From contig MNCI01000867.1 in assembly GCA_015680685.1 (NCBI GenBank), positions 47,059-109,260 of the forward strand: a stretch of 62,202 nt of DNA, read 5' to 3'. Shown piece by piece: positions 23,501 to 35,500 of this stretch. The position numbers and the translations under genes were made by a program. A model generated the notes under the pieces. That model made no database searches, had not been told where the DNA came from, and saw only the letters and a program-made list of their open reading frames with translations. The stretch's first letter is position 1. Each line of letters begins with the position of its first letter. Source of the stretch: Gnetum montanum (Eukaryota > Plantae > Gnetophyta).

Positions 23501-26500
23501 TGTTCCCCGAGTTGCCGGTGTGTCCTTACGGATTTCCTCCCACTCCAAGTCTCTCTCCACCGAAGTTTCTGGGCAGTCCGACCTTGCATGGTGTGGTCCT
23601 CACTGAAAAAATTCCAAAATTCAAAAAAAAAAAACAAAACAAAAACAAAATAAACAAATGAAATGAGGATTCAAAGCACACCCCTTGGTCGAATGCATGC
23701 AAACACGCATGGGTCTTCGCATGGTGTGGTTCCCCCGCACAAAAGAAAAGAAAAACGAATCGCGGGGGAACTCAAAGCACACCTCTTAGACCGCCTCTCA
23801 CGGGCCATACGCTTTAGTTATGGGACTTCCTTGGTCTCCTCTAACTTCGTCCCATTTCACTTCCTTCTTCTCATGTTTCCTGGAGTGGTGGTTATCTGTG
23901 GGGTCATTCTTGCTTCCTTGGGGGATGGCCGCAACTTCGTTTATTGTTGTGATGTCACTGACTGCGGATGGTTTTGGGTCTAACCTCAGAAAGGTTCTAC
24001 CAGGTCACTTAACCATGATCGCACACGGGGTTTCATGTGGCCAACACTCGGAATTTCCATTCTCTCCTCTCCCTCTGTTCTCACTCCTCTCCGTACTCAC
24101 CTCACTACCTTTTTTATGTTTTGTGTGTTCGTCATGTTTTCTGTAGGTCTCTCATGCCTTGGTGGGTTCTCTTGGTTTGGAGTCTTAACTGACCAACACC
24201 AATTCTTGGCACCCAGGCCCACGGACCCTGGTGTCGAGGGTATGCAGGGGCTACAAAGGCTGTTGCCTACTATGGGGAGGACCCACCTGCATACTCCTGG
24301 TTTTGCCTATTATGGCTCCCATCCTTTGGATTTCTTGGTTGACTAGTTTCAATGTCCCATCGTTTGCTTTCGTCCTTGTGGAGTTCTTTTTGCATCCCAT
24401 TCTCCAATTTTGTCTCTTTTTCGCGCTTCATTACCTTCCTCCTGTCATCAGCCATGACTGGGCCTTTCACGTGCTTCAATTGCCGCAATTTGGGTTTTCA
24501 AATTCATCATTTCGGGTGTTTTATGGGTTGGTCAACGCTGGTCCACAGGTGAACAATGCTGTGTATACGGAGCCCTATATACGCAGTGCCTGCGTATACG
24601 AAGCCGCGTATACACGGCCCCATCGACGCAGCGCCCAAACCCTATATATACACCCGCTACGCTTTGTATTTTTCATCATTTGGAGTCCAAATTGAGAGGT
24701 GTTTTTGCCATTTTTTCTGCCTAACCCTTCCCAACGCACCTACATTCCATCGCGTGTCTGCATCAACCTGTCCTTGTCCTTTTACGCACCCGAAGGTATG
24801 CTCTCAGTCGTGGGGGGTGGTGCCTTTGTGTAATTAATTAATTAATTAATTAGTTGTTAATTACGAAAACTTTGGCCCTAACCCCTAACTTAATGCTCCG
24901 GGAAACTTAATGGTGTGCCTGTGCCATTAACATAACTTGGTCAAACTGAGAAAGTATATACGGACCATCTTAAATTACTTATGAACGGTCTAACGGACGG
25001 TTATGTTTTATTGCAGATGGCACCCAAGGGACAAAGGACCGTCACAACCAAGGGACAAGCGCCCACGCACGGGAAGGGGACGAGGTGTGCAACCGCCAGA
25101 GTATGCGGAGGGCTCTCATGCAACTGGGCCCTTCCGCAAACGACCTGACATGGAATCTGTTCATCAGATTCCCAAAGAGGAGATTCCCGATGAGCAATCG
25201 CTCGGGGATGAGACTCCTGGGATAGCACCGCGGCTTGAGATCACCCTGACCCAAGCCTGCCTTGATGCTATCACGCCACGCGAGGTGCAACGGACGGTCC
25301 TCCAAGAGCTAAATTTTGGACCATTCCTCGAGCACGCACCAGAAGACGTGAGGCTCCAATTGCAAAACTCTCCGATGTGGCCAATCATCACAACTAGTGG
25401 TGAGTGGTACTTAGAAGAAACTTATCTCTTCTAGTCAAACCGGCAACCAGGGTCAAGAGTAAGAATCAAAGACATTTATGTCTCTTACTCTTAGGAAGCA
25501 ATAGCACAAGCTTTGGGGTTGCCTAAAATTGGGGCAGATGTGGTAGAAATTCCAAAGCAGGCCGATCTAGAGGTAAAGGTGCAATGGATCAAACGATGCT
25601 ATGGGGTAGAGCGCAAGGAATTCGGCTCCTTGACCACGGCGGAGAGAGTATATTCGAAAATCGCATCTTACCATTTAAATCCAACGGTAAGACCCAGCAA
25701 AATCACAGCCTTCTCCGCTCGTGTGTGTGATGCCTTGAGTGGGAGATTTCCCATGAGTCTTCCACAACTGTTGTTTCTAGAGATTGAAAAAAGGTTCACT
25801 GAGAATGAACGTGGAAGACGAGCTCTCCCCTTTCCCTGCCTAATCCAAAAGTTATGCAAACGGGCAGGGATAGCACGGTACTCTAATGATATCATCCGGC
25901 GCACCCCAATTGCCTCGTGGCGAGAAATGATGAAAGATAAAACGCCTGCCACCACAGACAAAGGAAGAGCAGCAACCACCTCCACCACCTACACAAACAA
26001 CACAGCCGAGCTCGCAGAACACAGCAAAATACATCCGTGAGATCCGAGAAACACTCTTGAGCCAGCAAGAGCAATCCGACAGGACTGGTGGAGGAGAAGA
26101 CCCTTCGGTCTATCGCCCTGCCATGAGCCACCTGGAGCAAGTGGCTCAATCAGTCAGCTTGCTTGAAAGGGCAAGGCCGATATTCTTCGCTGCCCGAGCA
26201 CCAATTCCAACCAGAACAGATCCAAGCATCTGAGATGTATCAACTAAAACTCAACAATTATTCCCCGAAATCTCAGGGAATGCTGCTACCTTCTCGGTAC
26301 GCTTGGAGGATGGTGAGGAGGCAACGGTCCTGGTGATGCAGCACCAAGGACAGGAAGTTGCGGCCGAAGTGGTTGCTAATACAATTGCTACGGTTCTCAA
26401 TGCACCGACAGCACCTGTACCAAATATTCATGGACTACAAGATGTACAGGTGTCTGCCAGAACTTCGCGTAGCAAGATTGATGCAGCCCAACATGAAGAA

Positions 26501-29500
26501 TTATTGGATCGACTGGTGAGAACCGGGCAACCGCTTTCGGATGTCTTCAACCTTCCGGACAACATCACTGCAACCCAATCGAAGCTGCTATCGGCAAGGG
26601 GCAAGAGCCTTGTTTTGGAAGGGCAACTAGAAGCTGCTCAAGTCGCTTGTCAATGCTTGGCAACTAAGGTAGCCCAATTAAGAGCCCAACTTGCCGATCC
26701 TACCATCCTCAACCGTGAAATCACCAGAGAGATAAAGCTTTTTAGTAGCTTCAGCTTAAACTTCAAGTTGTTGAGGATGTGCGAGAGATAGCGATCCTCG
26801 ACAAGTCCACAGCAAACGCCCGAGCATATCACTTAGAAAAGAACTTGGTGGAGGTTCGCCAGGAGAACGTGTAGCTGACCACAGAAGTTTATCGTTTGCG
26901 CAATGTTGGTGCAGAGAACGAACACATGAAAGATTTCATCCACCAACAACAGGAGGAGCTAGCCAGGGTGAACGCGGACATAAGAAGGTTGGCAGCTGAA
27001 AATAGAAATCTGTCAATGGAGGAGGTTCGGGCATTGCGACAAAAGTCTGCAATCGAAATTGCTACTTGGAAAAACGAGGCCCTGAAGTTCGAAAAAGTCA
27101 AAAATCATTACAGGGACCAAGTGGGATTGCAGAAGGAGGTAAACAAGAAGCACATTCAAGTCGCCAAAGCCAAGATGAACCAAGTGCTCCAGCAACTCCG
27201 AGAGGGAGGCGATGTATGGTCATCCATCTTCGATGGGTTGAACGCCTACAATAAAGTGGAAATCCACCTAAAGGAGCTACAAATCGAGGAAATGACAGAA
27301 TACATGAAATTGGCCAACCTTTGATATGCAAACCTGGCTATGCTCACAGCCGGGAGACCACGGTTAGAGTTAGAAAAGCAAGTGGCCACCTCGTATTCCC
27401 TATACGAGGGTGAGTTCCAGGCGCACAAGGCAACTAAACAAAAGCTGGCAATAGCAAACGCAGAACTCGAGGTCCTCCGCCCAAGCTTTGAAGGACAACG
27501 TGCAGTCGTAGAGGACCTGGCCCGGAGAATGAATAACTACCAGCAGCTGCAGGCATCAATCCAAGCGTTCGACATCGAACGCAAGTAGTTCGCAGTCTGG
27601 TTTGTCAACTTAAAAGAACTCATCCCGGCGTTGCCTTGCCCTTGGGAAGTTCCAGTTCCAGCACACATTGGAGAAGCTGCCTGGACCGTGAACGACCCCA
27701 AAAGCAAAGAAGAAAAAATGAGGGCTCTCTTGGAGGCTTTTCGGCTGCCTCCAGAAGTTGCAGCTGCCACGGGACTACCGACATCCGTGCCGCCACCAAC
27801 GCATGGACCAGAGGCTGGAAAAGGTCCGTCAGAACCACCGCCCCCAGGGATGGTGTGATCTTCTCCGGCAATTTTGTGCATCATCCTACATAGCAGAGGC
27901 TCTACGACCAACGAGGTGTTCAATTTTGTCTCTGAACAACGCCATTTTTGTAATTTGTCCTCCTCTGTAACTCGGGCACTTGGTCAAATTTATGTTGAGT
28001 CATGTGTGTGTCATGTATGTGTTTAAGTTATGTGTGTTGTAAATAAGAATCCATACCTTCCAAATTGTAAAGTAACTCAAGGACGAGTTTTTGCTCAATC
28101 GTGGGGGTATGATGAAGTGTCATTTAGTCAATGCGTCGACTGAGCCGCGTATACAGGGCCACGTATACGCGGCCGCGTCGACGTAGCCACCCTGCGTCGA
28201 CGTGGTCCTGTTTACACAACCACCTTTCCCAGCCTATAAATAAGAGGGCCTTCCGCCTCATTTAGGCATCTTTTTGAGTAGTTGTAGCGAAGCTCTTGCA
28301 GTTTGTTCTCGCAGGAGATAAAATATTTTCCAAGTGCCCGCAGCAGGTGTAAGAAAAGTGATCGGCTCTTTATTCCAGCGTTGATGTATCTGAGCCCATT
28401 GGTGTGATAGCAATAAAGACAAACTATTCAAGCATTCCTTACAGCATTTGGACTTAGTTATTTCATGCATTCAATAGTTTAATATGTTTATGCTTTATTA
28501 GTTACTTGTTAATTACTTAAGTTTTCGTTATTAGAATTTCCATCGCTATTGTTCATTCGTAGTTCGTTAAGGCCATAAATACGACCATCTTGAACATAAC
28601 CCCAAACACTTAGTAAGCTCAGTGACACTTAACATATGGTAACCCAGACGTGTTAGGAGATGCTCAAAACGTGCTCGGAAGATGGGACTGGATGCTTATG
28701 TTAGGAGTAGTTAAGATTTAGATTAAGATAATTTTAGATTAATTAATATTCTATCCTTATTTTCCAAGATAATTAGTCGTCGAAAAGATAATTAAAAAGA
28801 TATAAAAATCATTAGCCTTAGTCTGACTTAACCATCATAAACAGAACCTAACAAGTGAGATTAGGATGACAACGACCGTTCTAACCCAAGGTTTCACTAG
28901 TTAGTAGTTAGAAGTCTGGTGTATGTTAAGTGCTTAAAATCTATGGATTTCAACCGAGTCACGCGTGAACGCTCGTGATTCGTATGGTTGGGCGTAGGGG
29001 TACCTAGCTGCTCATCAGTGTTGCACCTATTCCACAAGGAAATGAAACACTTGTGTGCTAGTGTGTGGCTTTGACATTGCACCTATCTTGCAAGGAATTG
29101 CAATTAGTGATTTAATTTAGTGTTTAGTATTTTATTCTTTATTCAAAAATAAATAATAATAATCATCATCATCATCATCCTAGCCTTGTCCAAACAAAAT
29201 AGGGTTAGCTAGATGAGTTCTCTTTAGCTATTCAACTCTCTAAAGAGCTAAATCCTTATTTATTTGTAATTCCTTGAAATCATCTTCAATTGTAAATACA
29301 TCAAAATAACAAATTATAAAAATATTTATTTCCCACCATGGCAACACAGGCTTATTCATTATATTATATGTATTATAGCATTTTTTATTTCTTGAATGCA
29401 ATGACAATACACAAATAAATTGTGCAATTAACATATCTATCATATGCAAAGTTTACAACCGAATCACTGCACATTCCGATGATAACCTTCTCATGGTCTT

Positions 29501-32500
29501 AGGTAAGGGAAGCCCCTATGATAACCTTCTCATGGTCTTAGGCAAGGGAAGCCCCTATCATTGGCATTGTAACTGGGGAAGGTGCTTTGTGAATTGCTTG
29601 TTTACTTGCACATTCAGATATTTTTCATTGGTTTTCAACTTGTGTTTTTCTTAGTTGCTTGGATGTAGATTCAAACTTGCCAATGAAAATGATGGGCAAT
29701 GTTGAGAACCTAAAGGCCTCAAGCAATGATGCATAGAGAAAGCAATAGATGGTACACGTCAAATTTGAGAACACATTGGATGGTTCTGACCCACATGTGA
29801 TCCAGGCCTTCCACTAGTAATGGAAGAGATAGTGGAGGGACGTTCAAAGTTAGTTTTGCAAGGAACCAACTAAAACAACACGGGGTAGTCTTATCGAGGT
29901 GACAAGACCCTAACTAATTTGGGTCTCATTATTAATTTGACTTTTTACCAGGTCTAAGGATCACAAGAGAAAAATTACAAGCCTCATTAGTGATGAGAAC
30001 ATCACCTAGCCCTTGTGTAATCCTCAATGCATTTTTGTATGTGTATGTCTTCTTGTGTGTTGCCTTTGTGTCTTGAGGAGTTTGGCATGCTTTTGAGATG
30101 TTCCGGGGTCTTTGGGAGCTTGTGAAGATCTTGGGACTTCAACTGAAACATCTTACGGTTTTGACCAAACTTGGAAAGACGTCTTACAAAAGACATCTTC
30201 CCAAATTGAAAGATGTTTTCTGCACTTGACATGCTCTTAACAAAGATGTCTTCCCAGAGCCCAAAACATTTTCTCTACAGTAGTTTCAGCTTGAGAAAGA
30301 CGTCTTCTCTTCATTTAGGACATCTTCTTTAGTTAGACAAAGGATATTAATTTGTATTCTTAAATGCCAAGGAAGATGAAAGGTCATATAAGTGTGAGCA
30401 ACTGAGCATTTAGAGGGGACAGGTGTGACCTCTAAGATCCTTGGGAGCAGCGTGAGTTGAGCTTGGCTCCTCAATCTTTGATGTATTTTTCTATTTTGAG
30501 AGTTGGTTAATAAAGGGAGAGTTTCTCCATTGCTTTGTGTTCTTGTTTTCTATGCTTACATTGCTTGGAAAGGTTGTGGAATGGATCCTTTTAGGGTCTG
30601 TTGAAGCAGGCTCCATATCAATCAGAGGCAAGAACTTCATTATTGACAGACTGAACAGGAACAGGAACAGGAAACTACATTTGGAACTTGGAACTCTGAT
30701 GATGAGGATGATTAAACCAAACCAAACCCAAAGGGCAAGAGACCTGTTCACAGAGGACCCTGCCCAATGGAAAGAGCAAAGTAGGCAACTCTGATGGAAG
30801 TAGACAGCAGCAAGCACACGTGTTGCAAGAAAACCTACGCAATGGACAGAGCAAAGCAGGCAACTCTGACGGGAGGCATAGCAGATTAGAAAGGCTTTTG
30901 CAGGGATATTACTCCATCAAATGCGGCAGAGGTAATCTTCTGTTGAGGGATCGGTGCCATGGGACTTGCCACTTCAGAGCTACAAAAGAAGAAGTTGTAC
31001 ATCAAAAACTAGTGTTCAGTCTTCTCAGTAAATTTGTCCTGCCAGGTCCAATGCGCCGTTTAAACCAAATCTACAACTGGATTACCACTAGATTGACATC
31101 TCTGAAGTCTAGATTCTTGCAATGTTAGATGAAATAGTGTTTTGAACTCCAGCTTTTACCCCTTCAGGCACCTAAGCCTAATAGAAGAGTCTTCCCTCTT
31201 GGGCATTCATTTCAGCTACAGGACGCTCTCCAGAACTATTCACCCTAACAAGAACCCAAAGCAGACTTAGCAATTCCTCCTAATTATAGATAGTTATAAA
31301 ATCCTTCAAGCGAAGACTGCGTGCACTCAAATTCTACAACAGTGTGATAGGTATTTTAGAAACTTTCCGCATTGCTTACAACAGGGTCCACGGGCAAGAT
31401 TTGGCCTTTGTTTCTGGTTGGATCTATTCCTTTCCTTGGCCAAGGAGAGATGCACCCACAATATGCTATTGCCTCCCCATACTACATAACCAAAGAGATG
31501 TATCTTATGTTATGGATTTTACATGCTTCTATGATGCTCACTTCCACTTTCGTTTTTGTAACTTGCCTTTTTAATATCACATATGGGGGAAAATCTCCTC
31601 TTTTTATATCACATCTGTTTTTGTATATGCTTTTTGGTGGGAGGATGGGATGTGGATGTGATTTGGTTTTTTTGGATAGCCCCTTCAGAACAAGAAGCCA
31701 AAAACTCTCTGTTAATGCTTACAGAAGTTTCTTGTAAGTCTCACTTATGGCAACAACTATTAAACGAATCACTATCTGATATTGCATGTGTTCATTGAGG
31801 ACAGGCAAACCTTTAGTATGCATAAACAGTAAACACTGAGGTGTTCATGACATTCCGTTGTTTTAAAAATATTTTTCACATCACTTGAAACATCCCTGGA
31901 AACCAATATGAAAAGCTTTATTCACGCCTCTGTAAGAAAAAACGAGAAGATGAAGAAATTTCAATGCATCCTACTAACCAAAGAAACAAATTTGTTAGAA
32001 AAATTATATTTATGAAACTGAGATTCAAAAATGTTTTCGTATTACATCAGTGAGGAAACTCTTTGGATCTCTATCAGACTGAATTCAATTCCAACATATT
32101 AATTCTCAATCAAAATTACTAATAACCATGTGAACAGGTTTATCAGGTTTTAAAAAGGTAAATAATAACTCAGGGTTGCTTTATCAAAACTGACCAGTCA
32201 TAGTTGCAGTTCCACCACATAGAACAGTATTCTCTAGGAGTTGTCTTTGATTCTCAACAGGTACAAAAGAGGCACATCGAATCAACTGCTCAACAATACC
32301 ATGGTCCTCTATACCCAAGATTGATGGTTGAAATAAAGCTTCTCCTACAGTGTACTTCTCCTTTCCTATTGATATGACCTGTGTATGAGCAATAGATTCA
32401 ATTATTAGGAAGGAAAGATTTCATTTAAATTTTATGAAAATGAATATTGCCAACTAACTAGTCTTCAGATTACTCTAGACTCACCATGATGTTAAGCCTG

Positions 32501-35500
32501 TAGCTTCAAGTTTAAAAATGAAATGAATACATTAAATCATTTATTACAGTCAATGGAAACTATAAAATAAAGCACTAAAAGTAGAATTATAATTTTAAAA
32601 AACAATAATTACAACATAGAGATCTGAATATTCAGAGCGTGAAAGTCTAGGGGCTGCTTTCAATGTTAAATATGACAAAGACCAACTATGACTTTTAAAA
32701 TGTATTACGATTATTTGGAAATTATAGTTATGCCAAAAGAAAAAGGAAATTTATGTTCCAATGAAAAGAGCAGTATTTACAAGATTGTGTCTAAATGAAA
32801 CATAATACGTTATGTTGTATTTATTTTTGATTTTCCAAAAAGTTTGTTAAGATATTAATTTTAAAAAACTTTTATAGATAACCAGCTCTCTTTAAGACAA
32901 CATATTGTCCTGGAACATTGTATAGAAGTTCATGGAAGTATTTTAAGATTTGATATAATTGCTAAACACTTCAAAGATAATTAAATGCTGAGAACTAAAT
33001 TTCAAAATAACATAGGAGAAGCCATCCACCATAAAAAATTGTCAAACATCAGGAAAAAAAAGGATATTTCCCCTCCTAAAGGACCAGCGTGCCATGTCAG
33101 GCCAGACAAAGTTACAAAAGCAACACTAGGCTCATATCTCCCCATTAGGCAAATCATTAATTCAAAACAATTTATACACATAAGTGCATGACACCTGAAT
33201 TACAAGAGGAAAAGTCCCACATGTACAAATAGAAGACCAGAGTACATAGAAATCGTTACCTCAAGGAACTCAAGCAACTCTTGAACCAAAAACACGATGG
33301 GAAACAATGGTCCCCTAGCAGCATTCATATGACAAACTTCAAAAGCTTCAATAATTTGCAGGAAATCCTTACTTCCTCTTGGACTATTGTCAAGGTGAGG
33401 GTCCCTGGCTCCTCTGTTGTAACTAGTGCAAATACCCTTTAATGAGACATCCTTTTGAGACCTATATCCTAATAGGGCACACTTCCAATTTAAGTATTTT
33501 TCATAGTGTTTCAATCCAGCAATAGATCACCAGTTCAACAATCAGTCGCCAAATTAGAATTTTTACCAACCTCACTTGAGTCAGCATGACTTTTATGATA
33601 AATCTTATTTTTAGAAAGAAATCAATGGTTTTGTGCATGATTTTTTCAACTTTTAAATATAAGTCATCCCGACTTGCCCATTTATCATGATCCTTCTAAC
33701 ATCCCACCCAATATATTCCCCAACTTTTTAAACACTAGTATTTTTACAACTTCTTCTCTGGTCATGCAATCTCTTTCGTCCTTTACACTTCGATCATTGC
33801 CTGTTTAATAACATTTGCAATTTCCTCGAACGTCACCATTCAATTTTGCTTCACTTGATCCATAGGGAGAGAACGTTTCCCCTTAGCTTCTACCTTCATC
33901 TCAGTTTGTTCTTCAAGCATCTGTTGCTTTTCTTAAGTCCTATCAGAAGAAGACACCCCCCAACGGGCCGTAAACCTTATCAAGTAGACTTTCAACCTGC
34001 CTTTTGGCCTACTCCACCCCACCTTACCCTTAGAGCCTGCACCAGTATGTCCTTGCTCCTCCTTTGCCTAGACAGTCCTACAAACGAAACTAACCATCCT
34101 TTCACCCTTCATTGTGTTGCATTGTCAGATCTTTCATTCCATCATTGTCCTAGTCTACTATCACAGTGTTACCTCTTTAGGGTCCAATCCGGGTATTTAT
34201 ACACTACCAAAACTAACACAATTTTAGGTTTTCTCTCTTCACCAGTTACCGGTAACATCACTACAACACTCTGAGATCAATTAGTACGTCAATGCATTCC
34301 TACGAGCACCATATGCCTTTGCACCCATGACAATACTAACGCCAACCCCACGAAAATATGCTTGTCCGGGCTATCGTTGGGCATGTATTCATACACCAAT
34401 AACAGCCGGTCACCAAGGTGGCACCACAAGAGCACTGGACCAAAATCCAGTTTCGCTTCTGTCCAATGCTGCTGAATTCCACCACGAATCGTCTCTCTCC
34501 ATGCAACGATGCCGACGATATCTAGCTTCTGGCTACTACCGTGGCCATCCCCGTCATGCCCTCAATAAATCCTCTATGAAGGGCGCTAAAGCTGCCATTG
34601 CCAAGAAGCTCCTTATCACTGAAATTACGCATGGAGGCACATAGAAACTTATAATTGATCAACTGCATAATATACAACATTGACACATTTGAGACCGCCG
34701 CTGCTGCCCCCTTTTCCAGTGCATCCATATGGCTATTCATGCTGACATTTACAATACAAGCACCACTGCCATGATGCAACCAACCACAATGGCAACCTTG
34801 GCAATGCTAGAGAGACCAAAACCGTCGTTGGACATCCTGGACAGCAAACATTCGGGCAAGATCTATGACAAGAATTTCTGGTTAAGAATCCGATGTATCT
34901 TTGGAAACAACAACAATGCCAGTGGAGAAGCCGATGCAAGAGAAGCACAACACTATCTACAAGAATGACAATATTTGCAAGATGTAGATGGTGCCATTAT
35001 CCATTGTTCTGCGTCATTATAATACATAGCCATTATTTTTGTACACATTGCACACGCTCTGGTCCTTCCCTGCCATGCACTACCATGTTTTGCCCATAAT
35101 TCCCACACAATCCAAGGCCCATGAAAACTTCCTTCACCCTGCCATTCCCAAAGCACCACCAGAAATTTCAAATTACTACTCTCCTCCATGAGTCGTCTTT
35201 GCTATGAACTCTAATCTTGTTCAACTAATGTCAAACCATGGTAAAGATGATGATGATGATGATCCTTCCTCTGCCTGTTGCTCTTGTTTTCATTCCATCA
35301 TCATTGGCACAAACAACATTGAACAACAGCTCATTTCCACTGACATCCTTGCCGCCAGACGCGTACTCATCAACTACAACACATCTAGCACAGATTTGTA
35401 GTGATGTAGAGTTTGATCTAATGGCTTTGTAGTGACGATAAAGGCGAATGATGAAGAGAGAACATGACAACATTGAACAGCGAAAACCTGAAAACTGTGT

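Larger units (their letters stand above)
15610..29017 (+). mobile_element. Full-length Ty3/gypsy LTR retrotransposon, Athila-type (non-chromovirus), with extra 3' ORF; inactivated
   Basis: Paired LTRs TGATGA...TCATCA; 5-bp TSD GTGTT (15605-15609 and 29018-29022); tRNA-Asp PBS; gag-PR-RT-RH-INT order; PPT; no chromodomain. Confidence 0.97.

Noticed and set aside
23579-23792. Hammerhead ribozyme interpretation of the paired RNA motif
   Set aside because: No CUGANGA/GAAA core on either strand (only CUUUGA on the minus strand), and the topology is an extended stem, not a three-way junction.
25017-27858. Calling the extra ORF env
   Set aside because: No visible signal peptide or transmembrane helix; basic N-terminus and long coiled coil instead.
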